From Candidatus Veblenbacteria bacterium (lineage in GTDB: Bacteria > Patescibacteriota > Patescibacteriia > Veblenbacterales > UBA10138), in assembly GCA_037439965.1 (NCBI GenBank), contig JBBIVB010000001.1, positions 31,895 to 95,894 on the forward strand: 64,000 bases of DNA. The letters run 5' to 3'. Shown here in pieces: positions 10,248 through 18,629 of the stretch. Position numbers and translations under genes: made by a program. The number at the start of each line of letters is the position of its first letter. Position 1 is the first letter of the stretch. A model generated the notes under the pieces. The model ran no database searches. It saw nothing but the letters and a program-made list of their open reading frames with translations, and was not told the DNA's origin.

Positions 10248-10628
10248 ATGGAAAAACAGCGCTGGTGGAGCCTATTAACCTCAAATTTATTTATATTAAT
10301 AGCGCTGACGGCGGTGCTTATTATAGCCATAGCGTTAGTTAAAAGCTTCATTCGTCGCCAAGAGTTAGCTCAAGAAATAGCTAAGATTAAAAATGACATT
10401 TCTGTTTACCGAACTAAACAAGAGGAACTGTCTAATTTAATTACTTATTTACAAAGCAGTGAATTTAAAGAAAAAGAAGCTAGGTTAAAATTTAATTTAA
10501 AAAAGCCAAATGAGCATGTAGTAGTACTGCCAAACGATGAGCAAAATAAAAAAATCGTCAACGAACCAACTACCTCAGCTAACCTAGCTAATTGGCAAAA
10601 ATGGTGGAATTATTTTTTTAACAAATAA
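10248..10628 (+). CDS. Septum formation initiator (FtsB/DivIC family)
   Basis: TM helix, coiled coil, EKEARLKFNLKKPNE. Confidence 0.8.
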   Translation: MEKQRWWSLLTSNLFILIALTAVLIIAIALVKSFIRRQELAQEIAKIKNDISVYRTKQEELSNLITYLQSSEFKEKEARLKFNLKKPNEHVVVLPNDEQNKKIVNEPTTSANLANWQKWWNYFFNK

Positions 10629-10651
10629 CAATATTTTAACAAATAACAATA
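10616..10651 (+). repeat. Perfect 18-bp tandem duplication TTTTAACAAATAACAATA x2
   Basis: Copies at 10616-10633 and 10634-10651. Confidence 0.9.
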
Positions 10652-10657
10652 TAAAAT

Positions 10658-11791
10658 ATGACATCTAAAACTACGCCTAACAGTAAAAAAATTCTACAGG
10701 AATTAAATCAATATACCGAGCAAAAAGAAACCTCTCATGATATTGAACGCTTTGTTAAAGAAGAACCTATTAAAAAAGTTGTTAAACCAAAATTCTGGGA
10801 CGGTAAAATAAAAAAATTAGCTGAGACTATAAAATCAGCAACTACTGATAAAACTAATGATAAATCTACTAGCAACGCTACTAAACACAAAATCCATTAT
10901 ACTAAATATTTAACTTATGCTTTGGTAATAGTGGTATTGCTATTTATTGTTTACAGTTGTTTATTCTTACTATTTAGAATAGATAGACAATATCCTAAAA
11001 GTTCGCAGTTTAATGTTTTGCCTATTGGTTTAGTAGATGGTGAGATGGTGTGGTTTAATGATTTAAATCAAGACGTTAGAACACTTTTGGCTTTTTATCA
11101 AAAAAATTATGACAACGGCACTTTAACTCAAATACCCCCTCAAGCTGAAATAGAAAAAGCGGTTTGGGAAAGAATAGTCAGTGAAATAACTATTAAACAT
11201 TTTGCTCAGCATAATAATATAGCAGTCACCCCTGTTGAAATTACTAATGAAGTAGAAAATATCATTAGGGAGTTCGGTAGCCGAGGAGAGTTAGAAAATT
11301 TTATTAAAAAGAATTATATTTGGAATCTTAATCAATTTGAGAAAAAAATTATTGCTCCATATCTATTACGTAATAAGGTAATTTTATGGTTTGAACAGAA
11401 AGAATCTGTTAAAACTTCAGTGACACAACTAGCTGAACAAATTTACCAGGATATAATTGCTAACAAAATAACTTTTAGTGAAGCTAATGATAAATATTCA
11501 AAAGATTCAGCTGCCAAATCAAGAGGTGGTAGTTTGGGAACATTTACGTGGGGAACAATGGTGCCGGAGTTTGAACAAGCCTTAAAACAACTAAAAGTAG
11601 GGGAGATTAGTAAACCGGTGCAAACTGAATTTGACTGGCATATTATCCGCCGAGATCCATTGCCAGCTGAAGAAACAGACACCACTAAAGTAGCGGCCAG
11701 TCATATTTTAATTACTGCTTTTGATTTCGATGAATGGCTAAAAACTGAACGTGGCAAAAATAATGTCGTCCTTTGGCTACGTATACCTTAA
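10658..11791 (+). CDS. Membrane-anchored parvulin PPIase (SurA/PrsA-like foldase)
   Basis: TM helix, SurA-N-like region, KYSKD...GGSLG..TWGTMVPEFE...GEISKPVQTEFDWHII. Confidence 0.88.
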   Translation: MTSKTTPNSKKILQELNQYTEQKETSHDIERFVKEEPIKKVVKPKFWDGKIKKLAETIKSATTDKTNDKSTSNATKHKIHYTKYLTYALVIVVLLFIVYSCLFLLFRIDRQYPKSSQFNVLPIGLVDGEMVWFNDLNQDVRTLLAFYQKNYDNGTLTQIPPQAEIEKAVWERIVSEITIKHFAQHNNIAVTPVEITNEVENIIREFGSRGELENFIKKNYIWNLNQFEKKIIAPYLLRNKVILWFEQKESVKTSVTQLAEQIYQDIIANKITFSEANDKYSKDSAAKSRGGSLGTFTWGTMVPEFEQALKQLKVGEISKPVQTEFDWHIIRRDPLPAEETDTTKVAASHILITAFDFDEWLKTERGKNNVVLWLRIP

Positions 11792-11821
11792 AATTATGGA
11801 CTTATATAATCAACTTTAATC

Positions 11822-11895
11822 TGGAGCCCCCTGCCAGAATCGAACTGACGTATGTGGTTTACGATACCACTGTTCTGCCACTGAACTAAGGGGGC
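11822..11895 (-). tRNA. tRNA-Thr(CGT)
   Basis: Reverse complement GCCCCCTTAGTTCAGTGGCAGAACAGTGGT-ATCGTAA-ACCACATACGTCAGTTCGATTCTGGCAGGGGGCTCCA; cloverleaf with encoded CCA. Confidence 0.93.
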
Positions 11896-12003
11896 TATTA
11901 ATGATATCAGCCTTAGTTTGATTTGCTCTTCGGGCGAAAGAAGTGGAATATTAAGTTCAAAGACTGGACACTTCTTACTTAGCCGTTCCCTTTAAGAAGT
12001 AGA

Positions 12004-12077
12004 TGGAGCGGGTAACGGGACTCGAACCCGTCTATCAACCTTGGGAAGGTCGCGTAATACCCCTATACTATACCCGC
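12004..12077 (-). tRNA. tRNA-Gly(CCC)
   Basis: Reverse complement GCGGGTATAGTATAGGGGTATTACGCGACC-TTCCCAA-GGTTG...GGTTCGAGTCCCGTTACCCGCTCCA. Confidence 0.95.
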
Positions 12078-12202
12078 CTGTGTCTACTTTACTGGATGGA
12101 AGAAGCGAACATACTAACTAATTATACTAATTTCCTTCCCCTAAAAAATAAACCAGTCTAACAGGATTATAATCAATAAATCATAAATAAGCAATACTAA
12201 AA

Positions 12203-12889
12203 ATGCCTTTGATCGACTTTAGGAATGTAAGTAAAATATACCTAGGCAACCTAGAGGTTGTTAAGGGTGTTAATTTATCTATTGAAGATGGTGAGTTTGT
12301 TTCTATTGTTGGCCAATCTGGGGCTGGTAAAACTACTTTAATTCGTATGTTGATTGTTGAGGAAAAAGTAAGCCGGGGTCGTATTGTAGTAGGGGATTGG
12401 GATATTACTCATATTAAAAATCGGGAAATTCCTATTTTACGCAAACAAATCGGCGTAGTATTTCAAGATTTTAAATTATTGCAGCGCAAAACCGTTAGCG
12501 AAAACGTAGCCTTTGCTTTAGAGGTTTCAGGAGTGAAAACTAATAAAATAAAAGCCTTAGTGCCACAATTATTACATATTGTAGGTTTAGAGGATAAAGC
12601 TTCACGTTGGCCTAAAGAGCTGTCGGGCGGCGAACAGCAACGGGTCGCTATAGCACGCGCTTTAGCTCACCGCCCTAAAATTTTAGTAGCTGATGAACCA
12701 ACCGGCGATCTTGATTCTATTAACACCAAAGAAATTATAGTCCTTTTGCAAAAAATCAACGAATTTGGCACCACTGTTATTTTAGTAACCCACAATAAAG
12801 AGGTGGTTAATATGCTAAAAAAACGAGTGGTTACTATGGATCATGGAGAAATTATCTCCGACCAAGAGCGTGGTCGTTATCTTATTTAA
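12203..12889 (+). CDS. ftsE: Cell division ABC ATPase FtsE
   Basis: GQSGAGKTT, GVVFQDFKLL, LSGGEQQRV, ADEPTG; directly upstream of ftsX. Confidence 0.93.
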   Translation: MPLIDFRNVSKIYLGNLEVVKGVNLSIEDGEFVSIVGQSGAGKTTLIRMLIVEEKVSRGRIVVGDWDITHIKNREIPILRKQIGVVFQDFKLLQRKTVSENVAFALEVSGVKTNKIKALVPQLLHIVGLEDKASRWPKELSGGEQQRVAIARALAHRPKILVADEPTGDLDSINTKEIIVLLQKINEFGTTVILVTHNKEVVNMLKKRVVTMDHGEIISDQERGRYLI

Positions 12890-12892
12890 TTT

Positions 12893-13810
12893 ATGTTATT
12901 ATTATCTTTTTATCGCATTTTAAAATTCGGACTGCAAAATTTTGTCCGTAATTTTTGGTTGTCCTTAGTAACTATCACTATTATTACTTTAAGTTTGTTG
13001 TCGGTTAGTATTTTAGGATTGATAACAATTATCTCACAAAAAGCGCTGGATAACTTAGAGCAAAAAATAGATATTGGCGTATATTTAAAACCAAAATTAA
13101 CCGAAAGGCAAATTTTAGATTTAAAAAGCGAAGTAGAATCATTGCCCGGTGTTAAAGCTGTAGCTTATATTACAGCTGATGAAGCTTTGCAAAAATTTAA
13201 AGAAAAATACCAAAACAATGAACAAATAGGGGAGGCGCTGATACTTTTAGGTGTAAATCCTTTGGGTGCCAGTTTGCGCATTAAAGCCTTTTCTGATAAA
13301 GATTACCAAACTGTGCTAGATACTTTAGAAAACGAACGCTACCAAGATTTAATCCAAGAAGCTAGATTTGAGGATTATCGCCAAGTGATTAGTGGCCTTA
13401 ATGAACTAACCTTAAAGGTTAAACGTGCAGGGATATTTACTAGTTTGATTTTCTTGATTATTGCACTATTAGTTGTCTTTAACACCATTCGTATTAATAT
13501 TTATACCCAACGCGAAGAAATTGAAATAAAACGCTTAGTAGGCGCTACTAATGCTTTTATTCGCGGCCCCTTTACTATAGAGAGTATTTTGTATGCTTTA
13601 CTTGCCACTCTTTTAACCGCGTTGATTTTCTGTATTTCCTTGCGCTGGATAGACCCTTATGTCAGTACACTTTTTAACGGTTCTGACTTTAGCCTAACAA
13701 CTTATTTTCAACAATATGGCTTAATATTTTTCGGCACGCAGTTTTTAAGCGCCACTATTTTAAATATCCTAGCTTCTTATGTTGCTATGCGGCGGTATTT
13801 AAAAGTATAG
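12893..13810 (+). CDS. ftsX: Cell division permease FtsX
   Basis: NFVRNFWLS, NTIRINIYTQREEIEIKRLVGATNAFIRGPF. Confidence 0.93.
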   Translation: MLLLSFYRILKFGLQNFVRNFWLSLVTITIITLSLLSVSILGLITIISQKALDNLEQKIDIGVYLKPKLTERQILDLKSEVESLPGVKAVAYITADEALQKFKEKYQNNEQIGEALILLGVNPLGASLRIKAFSDKDYQTVLDTLENERYQDLIQEARFEDYRQVISGLNELTLKVKRAGIFTSLIFLIIALLVVFNTIRINIYTQREEIEIKRLVGATNAFIRGPFTIESILYALLATLLTALIFCISLRWIDPYVSTLFNGSDFSLTTYFQQYGLIFFGTQFLSATILNILASYVAMRRYLKV

Positions 13811-13871
13811 GTAAATCTTTATAAATAAAATTCCCAGGCTGATTATAAACCAGGAAATTTTGATTTTCATT

Positions 13872-13931
13872 TTATTTCAAAAAAGCTACATAACAAAGGA
13901 TAATCAAAACTACGGTTATAATTATTATCAT
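13872..13931 (-). CDS. Putative 19-aa hydrophobic peptide MIIIITVVLIILCYVAFLK
   Basis: AGGAG Shine-Dalgarno 6 nt before ATG, TTGACT promoter at 14001-14006, hairpin at 13827-13860 downstream. Confidence 0.45.
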   Translation of the reverse strand: MIIIITVVLIILCYVAFLK

Positions 13932-14039
13932 CTTAAACTCCTAATTGTTAATTTTTCGATTTTTATTATTTTTAAAATATTATGATATCTTACTTACTAG
14001 AGTCAAGTTAAACTTTTTGTTATTATTTATTTAGCCACC

Positions 14040-14068
14040 TTGACGTGAAGTCTAAATTAAATTATCAT
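14040..14068 (+). promoter_or_regulatory. sigma70 promoter of tRNA-Gln
   Basis: TTGACG, 17-bp spacer, TATCAT. Confidence 0.7.
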
Positions 14069-14084
14069 AAGCACGTTATTTTGG

Positions 14085-14158
14085 TGGGGGATCGTCTAAA
14101 GGTAGGACACCACCCTTTGGAGGTGGGTATCGTGGTTCGAGTCCACGTCCCCCAGCCA
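14085..14158 (+). tRNA. tRNA-Gln(TTG)
   Basis: TGGGGGATCGTCTAAAGGTAGGACACCACC-CTTTGGA-GGTGGGTATCGTGGTTCGAGTCCACGTCCCCCAGCCA. Confidence 0.95.
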
Positions 14159-14269
14159 ATTAGTAAAGTTTCGATTTTTCGCCTCGCCCGAATGTTTCGC
14201 ATTTTGCGGGATCAGAAATCAGCGTCCGGATTTTCGCGGAAAAAAGTTCGGATTTTGTTCAAGAGACAC

Positions 14270-14509
14270 AGCCTTTTACTGTCTAGGGCTATAATAAAAG
14301 ATAAGGAGGAAAAAATTTTAGTTTGCCGCAACAAGGGCAAGGATTATTATTTTTTCCATGGCGGTCATATAGAATTTGGTGAATCCTCAAAGCAAGCTTT
14401 ACAACGCGAACTTAGGGAGGAGTTGGGTTTAACTGCGGATAGCTTTACCTTTTTTATCAAACACAGGTTCGCGAAATTACTACTAAAAGTTTGGAAATCT
14501 GATATATAA
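14270..14509 (+). pseudogene. NUDIX hydrolase remnant
   Basis: Nudix box GGHIEFGESSKQALQRELREELGL; no proper start and C-terminal half collapsed. Confidence 0.7.
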
Positions 14510-14748
14510 TAAATAAAAAATATGACAGAAAATAATGAAACTAAACCAAAATGTTGCCGATGTGACCAAATATGGTAAATTCTACCAAAAATATTTTCAT
14601 CTGCTTTAAAGCGCTGGTAATCTCAAGTGTTACATACTAACCATTATTTTATTAATTTATATTTTATTAATTTAGTTTATTACTATAATGTAGCTTATTT
14701 TAAATTAAGCAAGGTTGATTTTTGTATAGGGAGACGTAAAATAGGGGT

Positions 14749-15006
14749 ATGAACGAGACCGAAATTTCCAAAGAAATAGAATCCATCAAGGAGCGTAATA
14801 GAAAAGTGGAGTTAGATAAAGCTTGGGAATTATCATGGACTAGACGGTTGTTAATTCTTATTGGCACCTATATTCTGGCAGGAGTATGGCTTGAGATAAT
14901 TAAAGCTAATAATCCGTGGCAAAATGCCTTTGTACCAACATTTGGGTATTTATTATCAACCTTTACTATACCAATTGTTAAAAAGTGGTGGGTAAAAAAT
15001 AGATAG
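14749..15006 (+). CDS. Small hypothetical membrane protein
   Basis: ERNRKVELDKAWELSWTRR followed by two TM segments; TAAAAT 6 nt before the ATG. Confidence 0.75.
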   Translation: MNETEISKEIESIKERNRKVELDKAWELSWTRRLLILIGTYILAGVWLEIIKANNPWQNAFVPTFGYLLSTFTIPIVKKWWVKNR

Positions 15007-15237
15007 AATTATTTTTACTAAAAGCGGATAGAGGAACCCGCCAAAGGCGAATATTTCGGGGCGCAACGTGCCAAGCAGTGCATATATTTTATGTACTAAT
15101 TTTAACTTGACTTTTATTTATAATGATATAAAGTTATGATAGCTGAAATAAACAAAAAATCGTAAATTTGGCTAAAAACCTAGTTTTTTGTACTTTAATA
15201 ATTCATTAAAACCTTAACAAACTCCTTGGAGGATATA

Positions 15238-16704
15238 ATGAAAAATATATTCTTTGTAATTGTTTTGCTGTTTTTATTAAACTCGCTGGTCCTAGCCCAA
15301 GATCCGGCTGTTAATTACATTCAGGCCTTTCCGGAAAAAAGTATGGTAAAAACAGGACAGGAATTTGATGTACTGGTTCGTATTAATACCGGTAAGCTAT
15401 CTGTATATTCCGCCAGCTTTATCCTGGATTATGGCGATACTTATAATCTGGATGTCGTCAGTGTTTCAGGGGGCGATTTCCTGGGCAGTGATACATTATT
15501 TGCAGCTATTATCAAAGAAGCAAACAGTGATGTTCATATTTCTATCTCTCAAAAAGGTGAGGCTTCAGGTAATGTTGGCATCGGCACTTTGGCTATAGTA
15601 AGATTCCGCGCCAATAACGCCGCTAATATGGATATACGAACAGTTAATCTTTATTGCTTTGAGTTAGACATACGTGATCCCAATACTAAAGTTCTTAATA
15701 TTAGTAATACTTCTAGCCAACTGACTATTGCCGAGACTTTTGTCTGGCCAGGTGATGCTGACAACAACGGTATGGTTAACGAAGCAGATATTCTGCAAAT
15801 TGGTTTGCATTTTAACCAAACCGGTAATGCACGACCTAATGCTAGTTTTGATTGGAAAGCTCAACCAATGTCGTTTTGGAATGATACTACAGCGATGTAT
15901 GTTGACGCTACAGGGGACGGCAGAATCAAAATAAATGATATGCCAGCAATAGGATTTAATTACGGATTAACACACTTTAGTATAATGCCTATAACTTCCC
16001 CTTTGATACTACTAGACAAAATCGCGGCGGATAACAAGCTTTATGCTATTGCTAATCGTGTTGGTAATGAGGTTACCGTTTCAGTAATTGCTAAGGCGGC
16101 GCAAGATTTATTCGGCATCTCCTTTAAGATATTTTATAATCCTGCTGAGCTTTCCTTTATTGACGCTTATAATGGCGAATATATGCCCGGCGGTATCTTT
16201 TTTAAACATGTGGACACTAATCAAGGTTTACTAGCTTCTGCCGTAACTTTGACCAGAGGTGAAGATGGGGTAACAGATACTAAAAGCGTAATGATAGCGC
16301 GATTTAATATGCTAGACAATGATCTGAACTTACATTTCCAGGATGTTGTAGCGTATAACACTGCGGGTAATCGTATAGAATTTGAAGTTACTGATTTATC
16401 CGAAGTATTGGGGGTAAAAGATGAGATAGCGCCGACTGAATATTCATTGGCACAAAATTATCCCAATCCGTTTAATCCCACTACAACAATCAGGTATACA
16501 TTACCACGGGCTTCAACAGTAACGTTGATCATCTATAATGTTCTTGGTCAGAAAGTAATTTCTTTGGTAAATAGCCACCAAAATCCTGGAACTTACACAG
16601 TTCCGGTTAATGCTTCAGAACTATCTGATGGTATATATTTCTATACTTTGAGTGCCGGAGCCGGAACATTCACACAAACAAAAACAATGATGTTGGTTAA
16701 GTAA
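15238..16704 (+). CDS. Secreted cohesin-dockerin-cohesin protein with T9SS-type C-terminal sorting domain
   Basis: GGAGG SD then ATG at 15238; signal peptide; WPGDADNNGMVNEAD and DATGDGRIKIND dockerin-like loops; YSLAQNYPNPFNPTTTIRY...GIYFY...TKTMMLVK C-terminal domain. Confidence 0.85.
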   Translation: MKNIFFVIVLLFLLNSLVLAQDPAVNYIQAFPEKSMVKTGQEFDVLVRINTGKLSVYSASFILDYGDTYNLDVVSVSGGDFLGSDTLFAAIIKEANSDVHISISQKGEASGNVGIGTLAIVRFRANNAANMDIRTVNLYCFELDIRDPNTKVLNISNTSSQLTIAETFVWPGDADNNGMVNEADILQIGLHFNQTGNARPNASFDWKAQPMSFWNDTTAMYVDATGDGRIKINDMPAIGFNYGLTHFSIMPITSPLILLDKIAADNKLYAIANRVGNEVTVSVIAKAAQDLFGISFKIFYNPAELSFIDAYNGEYMPGGIFFKHVDTNQGLLASAVTLTRGEDGVTDTKSVMIARFNMLDNDLNLHFQDVVAYNTAGNRIEFEVTDLSEVLGVKDEIAPTEYSLAQNYPNPFNPTTTIRYTLPRASTVTLIIYNVLGQKVISLVNSHQNPGTYTVPVNASELSDGIYFYTLSAGAGTFTQTKTMMLVK

Positions 16705-16726
16705 CAAGTGCTTAACATAAATTTCA

Positions 16727-16770
16727 GGCACCTTAATACAATTCTAATACAATTGTATTAGGGTGTTTTT
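16727..16770 (+). terminator. Intrinsic terminator
   Basis: GGCACCTTAATACAATT / AATTGTATTAGGGTGTT stem followed by a T run. Confidence 0.8.
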
Positions 16771-16803
16771 GTAAACTTTAAGTAGTTTCCTTCGTTTAAT
16801 TAA

Positions 16804-16832
16804 TTGACTTAAATTACAAAAAACTATATAAT
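16804..16832 (+). promoter_or_regulatory. sigma70 promoter, leaderless transcript of the protease
   Basis: TTGACT, 17-bp spacer, TATAAT; ATG follows 7 nt later. Confidence 0.75.
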
Positions 16833-16839
16833 TATCTCT

Positions 16840-17790
16840 ATGCTAAAATTTAATAAAACAATTATTATAGTTATCGTGTTAATAGTTGGTATCAGTTTAG
16901 CTGATTATTTTATTTTTAACAGCAAAATCGCTGAATGGGAAAAAAAATTAAACCAAAGTATTAAAGAAAACCAAACTCTGGCTAATCAAATAGCTTCATT
17001 AACCGAAGCTTATAATAAACTACTAGCTACCTCTACGCAAACTACTAACACTAATAACACTAATAAAGTTAATAAAGAAAAAACACAGGAGCAGCTTTTA
17101 ACCGAAGCTGTTAGTAAAGTGGCACCGGCAGTAGTTTCTATTGTTATTACCAAAGATGTACCACAACTTGAAGTAGTATATATTAATCCTTTTGGTGATG
17201 ACCCATTTTTTAAAGATTTTAATATCCGTGTGCCGCAATATAGACAAAAAGGCACTGCTGAGCAAAAAGTAGGAGCTGGCACTGGTTTTATTGTTAAATC
17301 TTCTGGCTATATTATTACCAATCGCCATGTGGTTAATGATCAAAATGCGCACTATACTGTACTGTTAACTGACGGCAGCCAAAAATCAGCTCAAGTTATA
17401 TATCGTGATAATGATCTTGATTTAGCTATTTTAAAAATTGAGGGCAATAATTATTCTACTGTGACTTTTGGCAATTCCGACACCTTAAAACTTGGTCAGT
17501 CAGTTTTTGCTATAGGCAACGCATTGGGAGAATATAACAACTCGGTTTCGGTAGGTATTATTTCTGGTTTAAATCGTGACATTACTGCTTTTGGTGGCAG
17601 TAAATCAGAAAAATTACAAGGAGTTATTCAAACTGATGCTGCTATAAACCCTGGAAATTCTGGCGGACCATTAGTTAATTTAAACAGTGAAGTGATTGGT
17701 ATTAATGTGGCTATGGCTTCAGGAGAAAACATTGGTTTTGCTATTCCGATTAATGCTGTTAAAGCCATTATTAACTCTCAAATAAAATAA
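16840..17790 (+). CDS. HtrA/DegP-like trypsin serine protease without PDZ domain
   Basis: GAGTGF, TNRHVV, DLAILK, IQTDAAINPGNSGGPL; N-terminal TM and coiled coil. Confidence 0.92.
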   Translation: MLKFNKTIIIVIVLIVGISLADYFIFNSKIAEWEKKLNQSIKENQTLANQIASLTEAYNKLLATSTQTTNTNNTNKVNKEKTQEQLLTEAVSKVAPAVVSIVITKDVPQLEVVYINPFGDDPFFKDFNIRVPQYRQKGTAEQKVGAGTGFIVKSSGYIITNRHVVNDQNAHYTVLLTDGSQKSAQVIYRDNDLDLAILKIEGNNYSTVTFGNSDTLKLGQSVFAIGNALGEYNNSVSVGIISGLNRDITAFGGSKSEKLQGVIQTDAAINPGNSGGPLVNLNSEVIGINVAMASGENIGFAIPINAVKAIINSQIK

Positions 17791-18136
17791 CCATCTAAAG
17801 CACCTTGTATAAAAACTCCGCTGGAGATTATTACCCAGGGAGTGAATATTTGATTATAATTTTTCATTAATTTAATAAACCAGCACAAAACAATTATTAT
17901 CAGATAAAACACATACCAAAAGCAAGCACAAAAATTCTTAGCAATCAAGTCGTGTAATAATACTGGCTGAATAAATAGTATTTCAAATAATAAATTACCA
18001 AGTCAAATTAAAAGGTAAGCTGCCAAAGCCAAATCAACAATTCATTAATTTTTATTATTTTTCCTTATTCATTGTTTGTTTTATAATTAATTTTGTTTAG
18101 CTATCTTTAGTAATTAATATTTATCTAGTCAAAAAA

Positions 18137-18354
18137 ATGGCCTATAAGATTTTTAAATTAATATTAGCTATTGTGTTATGTGAACTAGCGGTGGTTGTTG
18201 GTTCATTTTTTTACTAACCTTAATATTGCAAGTTGGTATGCTGAATTAATTAAACCAAGTTTTAATCCGCCTAATTGGTATTTGACATTATCTTAATCTT
18301 ACTTGGATAAATTTTATTGCAGTGCTTAATTTTGTTATTTGGTAAATAAATTAA
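18137..18354 (+). pseudogene. TspO/MBR family remnant
   Basis: MAYKIFKLILAIVLCELA...SFF, +1 frameshift in T7, then WYAELIKPSFNPPNW joined to the C-terminal WINFIAVLNFVIW. Confidence 0.75.
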
Positions 18355-18355
18355 T

Positions 18356-18628
18356 ATGAAAAAAAATTTTTATCTGGCGGCTTTTACTTTTTTAGGTTTC
18401 TTGTGTCAGTTTTTAATCCATGCCGTTCTCGAAATTTGGTATATTAAATTATTACTTTTGGATTTTAACCGTTATGGTTTTGGCTGGTCTTGGACTACCT
18501 GGTACCATATTCACGCAACAGCTACTTGGGTTTTAATAATTTTAGGATTAGTGCTAGGCTACGTTCTGGGAAAATATGGATGGGGTAAAGTTTATGAAAG
18601 CAGCCGGAAAAATAATTTTAGCAAATAA
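18356..18628 (+). CDS. Small hypothetical membrane protein
   Basis: 90 aa with two hydrophobic helices; immediately upstream of the GT2 gene. Confidence 0.7.
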   Translation: MKKNFYLAAFTFLGFLCQFLIHAVLEIWYIKLLLLDFNRYGFGWSWTTWYHIHATATWVLIILGLVLGYVLGKYGWGKVYESSRKNNFSK

Positions 18629-18629
18629 A

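Noticed and set aside
14045-14509. 154-aa ORF in the track
   Set aside because: Its N-terminus reads through the tRNA-Gln promoter and tRNA; only the last ~80 codons are a real NUDIX remnant
15365-15934. Alternate-frame and antisense ORFs inside the cohesin gene
   Set aside because: Fully nested in a well-supported CDS, with no motifs
17800-18130. Minus-strand promoter-like site, hydrophobic reading fragments and a hairpin
   Set aside because: Interrupted by stops with no recognisable family; probably a decayed gene but cannot be called
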